28,863 bases of DNA. Origin: a virus. Taxonomy: Duplodnaviria > Caudoviricetes. Shown here piece after piece: positions 26,184 to 28,863 of the stretch. The stretch covers positions 1 through 28,863 of IMG/VR virus record IMGVR_UViG_3300017747_002435, one strand, 5' to 3'. Each line of letters opens with the position of its first letter. Within the stretch, counting starts at the first letter, position 1. The notes under the pieces were generated by a model. The model saw only the letters and a list, made by a program, of their open reading frames with translations, had not been told where the DNA came from and made no database searches. Made by a program: the position numbers and the translations under genes.

Positions 26184-26557
26184 GACATAAAATTGACATT
26201 TTAAATTTTAGCACTGTGCCTAATGGTTCAGGGGGTTTAATAGAGACGTGGAGAGTAGACAAAACTGTTTTTGCTATGGTTACGCCTACAAGTGGCTTTC
26301 GTTCATTAGAAGCGTCGCAAATTAGCTTAAATCAAACATATAAGGTAATAATAAGATACGAAGACTATCCTGTGTTGAGTAAGACTAATAAAATACAATT
26401 TGAGGGTAAATATTTAATTATTCACGAATTTAGAATATTAGAAGAAAAGCGCAAATGGATTGAAATTAAATGCGAAGCCGATAGCAGTGATATTTTAATA
26501 TACGATGAACAATTTCAACCAATAACAGACGAAAACGGAAACTTTATAACAACATAA
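26168..26557 (+). CDS. Head closure/head-tail adaptor
   Basis: GKLRHKI...GG...W, IIRY and IQFEG; extra C-terminal tail. Confidence 0.88.
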   Translation: MVGKLRHKIDILNFSTVPNGSGGLIETWRVDKTVFAMVTPTSGFRSLEASQISLNQTYKVIIRYEDYPVLSKTNKIQFEGKYLIIHEFRILEEKRKWIEIKCEADSSDILIYDEQFQPITDENGNFITT

Positions 26558-26559
26558 CT

Positions 26560-27033
26560 ATGCCAATATTTAACGAGGGAGAAGAACTAAACTATTTAGA
26601 AAAGGATGACATTCTAATGAGTGGAAGTCCTGATAATTTTAGCAAAGTAAAAGCGCAGAATCTTTATAACAGAACGTTAACAAGAACGCAGTTACAGGCT
26701 TTAATAAGTGCAAATGCTTTAAACATAGGACAACAATACACTATAAGTAACGCTGTAAGTAACACAATGGCTTTAAAGGTTACAGCTACAGGAACTAATA
26801 TTTTAGATAATGTTGCAGTCAGAGTATCAAATGGTGTTAATTACATTTATAACATTACCACAGACCAAGTTACGACAGTGTTCAATGGCGAAGTAATTTT
26901 GCAAAGTCTTACAACTACTCAAATAAACGCTTTAACGCCTGTTGAAGGGATGATGGTTTATAACAGCACAATAGACCATTTTTGTGGGTACCAAAACGGG
27001 CAATGGGTTAAGTTTAACCATAGTAATATGTAA
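26560..27033 (+). CDS. Putative neck/collar fibre-like protein
   Basis: LTTTQINALTPVEGMMVYNST..F.GY...W motif common in phage fibres. Confidence 0.5.
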   Translation: MPIFNEGEELNYLEKDDILMSGSPDNFSKVKAQNLYNRTLTRTQLQALISANALNIGQQYTISNAVSNTMALKVTATGTNILDNVAVRVSNGVNYIYNITTDQVTTVFNGEVILQSLTTTQINALTPVEGMMVYNSTIDHFCGYQNGQWVKFNHSNM

Positions 27034-27035
27034 TA

Positions 27036-27674
27036 ATGATAAAAAAGTTAGCTAAAATATGCCAAGAATGTTACAGGGGTAATTTTACAAATACGCCTGT
27101 ATTTTCTATTGATGTAAAAGGCATACAAGCTTACATATTAGACGAAGGAGAATATTGTATTTTGGTTTTTAGGGGAAGTGACGAAAAAGAAGACTGGAAA
27201 CAAGATTTTAAAATAGGCTTTGTCAATACTGTTTATGGTAAAATGCACAAAAGTTTCAAAGAGAGTTGGGATTTAGTGGCTTCTAAAATTAGGGCAAATT
27301 TACCTAACAAACCTTTATACATTACTGGTCATTCATACGGAGGCGCATTAGCTTTTATAAGTGGCATTTATATTCCACACGTTGAGGTGGTAACTTTTGG
27401 ATGCCCAAGAGTAGTACACAAAAATTATTTTAACTATTTGAAAGTTAACCATATTAGAGTGCGAAACAACAACGATATTGTTACAATGTTACCTCCGAAA
27501 TCATTAGGATATACACACATAGGGCAATTGTTGTATTTAGATTACGAGGGCAATAAAGCTATAAAAGTTAATATTTTAGATAGGATCAAGTCACATATTA
27601 AAGCGTGGAAGAAAGGGCAAAAATTCAATCCATTTTACGACCACGATATAAATAAATATATTGAAAAGCTGTGA
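27036..27674 (+). CDS. Class 3 lipase (alpha/beta hydrolase)
   Basis: FRGS, H..F, TGHSYGGALA, TFGCPRV, NDIV..LP, Y.H.G and DH motifs. Confidence 0.92.
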   Translation: MIKKLAKICQECYRGNFTNTPVFSIDVKGIQAYILDEGEYCILVFRGSDEKEDWKQDFKIGFVNTVYGKMHKSFKESWDLVASKIRANLPNKPLYITGHSYGGALAFISGIYIPHVEVVTFGCPRVVHKNYFNYLKVNHIRVRNNNDIVTMLPPKSLGYTHIGQLLYLDYEGNKAIKVNILDRIKSHIKAWKKGQKFNPFYDHDINKYIEKL

Positions 27675-28102
27675 AAGTTAAGGGAATACAAGCGGTAACA
27701 AAAGAACTTGAAAAGAAAGCCAAGCAAATAGAAAATAAAATAGCTGCGCAGGTTTTTGATTCAGGGCAGGAGATTATTGCCAAAGCCAATGATAATGCAC
27801 CTACTTATACTTGGGGGGTTATTTCGATTTTGCAGGGTGGGGATAGAAGCGATAAGTTTTCTTTTGTTGTAGAAGCGACTGATTTTGGTAACCCTCCAAT
27901 GGCTGCGTATTGGGAATTTGGAACTGGTAAGAACTTTTTGGAAAATATGAGCGGGTACACAAGAGAACAGATAAATTTAGCAAAAAAGTTTTATGTAGAT
28001 GGTAAAGGTACAATAAAGGCACATCCATATCTTTTTCCTGCTTATTACACAGAAAGAAAGAATTTTATTAAAGAGGTAAAAAAAATAATTAAAAATATAT
28101 GA
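27671..28102 (+). CDS. HK97 gp10-like tail completion protein
   Basis: AAYWEFGTG and AHPYLFPA. Confidence 0.85.
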   Translation: MKVKGIQAVTKELEKKAKQIENKIAAQVFDSGQEIIAKANDNAPTYTWGVISILQGGDRSDKFSFVVEATDFGNPPMAAYWEFGTGKNFLENMSGYTREQINLAKKFYVDGKGTIKAHPYLFPAYYTERKNFIKEVKKIIKNI

Positions 28103-28539
28103 AAGATTTAGGCTTAATTATAAGGACAAAATTTTGGGAAAGATTAAACGGAGTGGCTTATTCAGGTGGAACGTTAAAAGTGTACGATTCTGCAAGTGTG
28201 CCTGCTAATATTAATCCTCCTTATGTTACTTTAGGTACGTTTTTAAGTACAGAATTAGGTGAGGGTTCAAAACAATCCTATGGTCAAGAGTGTATCCTTT
28301 TATTAGAAGTAATTACCAAAGCGTCAAATAGTTATGGAGGTAAGGCTTTATCTGATGAAATAAGCAACGAAATTATAGAACTATGCAGAACAAGACAAGC
28401 AGGTTATTTTGATTTAAGTCCTGATTTTCAGTTGATTTCAATAATATTAGAAAATACCCAAACAATTGAGGATTTAGTAGAAAGTGGGTTAATTTCACGC
28501 AGGTTAATAAGATTCAGGATAAAAGTACATCAATTATAA
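28099..28539 (+). CDS. Tail terminator (DUF3168-like)
   Basis: VYD..VP....PPYVTLG motif; directly upstream of the tube genes. Confidence 0.8.
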   Translation: MKDLGLIIRTKFWERLNGVAYSGGTLKVYDSASVPANINPPYVTLGTFLSTELGEGSKQSYGQECILLLEVITKASNSYGGKALSDEISNEIIELCRTRQAGYFDLSPDFQLISIILENTQTIEDLVESGLISRRLIRFRIKVHQL

Positions 28540-28562
28540 TGCTAAAAATTTTAGTATATTTG
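28540..28562 (+). promoter_or_regulatory. Late-promoter motif upstream of tail tube paralog 1
   Basis: TGCTAAAAATTTTAG-TATATTTG. Confidence 0.75.
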
Positions 28563-28575
28563 TAAATAAAAAGAT

Positions 28576-28863
28576 ATGAGTATTTTAAACGGAAGTGATT
28601 TATTATTATTTATAAATGATGGCATTGACGACTATGCAGTAGCTTGTCAAAGAGGTGTAACCGTTACAATTAATTCAGATAACCCTGATGCGACCTGTAA
28701 GCAAGATGATGGCTACACTCATTTATTATATGGCAAACGTAGCTTTGAAATTTCAGCGGATGCTTTGCAGTCTTTTAACGAAAATATGGATTTAGAGCTT
28801 TTATTTGATTATTACGAAAATAGAACTCCTATAAACTTTTCAGTAGCAAATCCATTATTTACA
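28576..28863 (+). CDS. Tail tube protein paralog 1, N-terminal part (continues to base 246)
   Basis: ATG 28576; open to the window end and through the overlap. Confidence 0.85.
   Translation, partial: MSILNGSDLLLFINDGIDDYAVACQRGVTVTINSDNPDATCKQDDGYTHLLYGKRSFEISADALQSFNENMDLELLFDYYENRTPINFSVANPLFT
28741..28863. repeat. Terminal direct repeat copy 2
   Basis: Identical to 1-123. Confidence 0.97.

Noticed and set aside
410-28028. All minus-strand ORFs in the track
   Set aside because: They are short, lie antisense to well-supported + strand genes and have no recognisable motifs.
1-28863. tRNA genes, DGR or alternative genetic code
   Set aside because: I saw no cloverleaf, no reverse transcriptase or TR/VR pair, and genes are intact under code 11 with all three stops used.

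Overview
Complete circular genome of a small, AT-rich HK97-type siphophage. It is 28,740 bp, because bases 28741-28863 repeat bases 1-123 exactly (assembly overlap). Bacteroidota-type TAnnTTTG promoters and A-rich starts without SD sequences point to a Bacteroidota (probably Flavobacteriales-like) host. All credible genes are on the + strand, in this order: tail, lysis, accessory, early/replication, packaging, head, neck and tail. I recognise no integrase, repressor or DNA polymerase. Main unusual signals: (1) an integrase-less array of attC-like hairpins (15328-16537), where each cassette's two ends are mutually complementary and the upstream hairpin loop supplies the start codon and an in-frame leader; (2) terL is broken inside its Walker A by an 8-nt stop-containing insert; (3) three early promoters have identical architecture, each with a 19-bp Fur-box-like palindrome; (4) a candidate small RNA after the capsid gene is complementary to early-gene start regions; (5) a palindromic late-promoter motif, a kissing-loop leader and a ~330-nt structured non-coding region; (6) a glycosyltransferase and a lipase sit inside the virion-assembly operon. 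Product calls come from motif recognition and synteny, not database searches.
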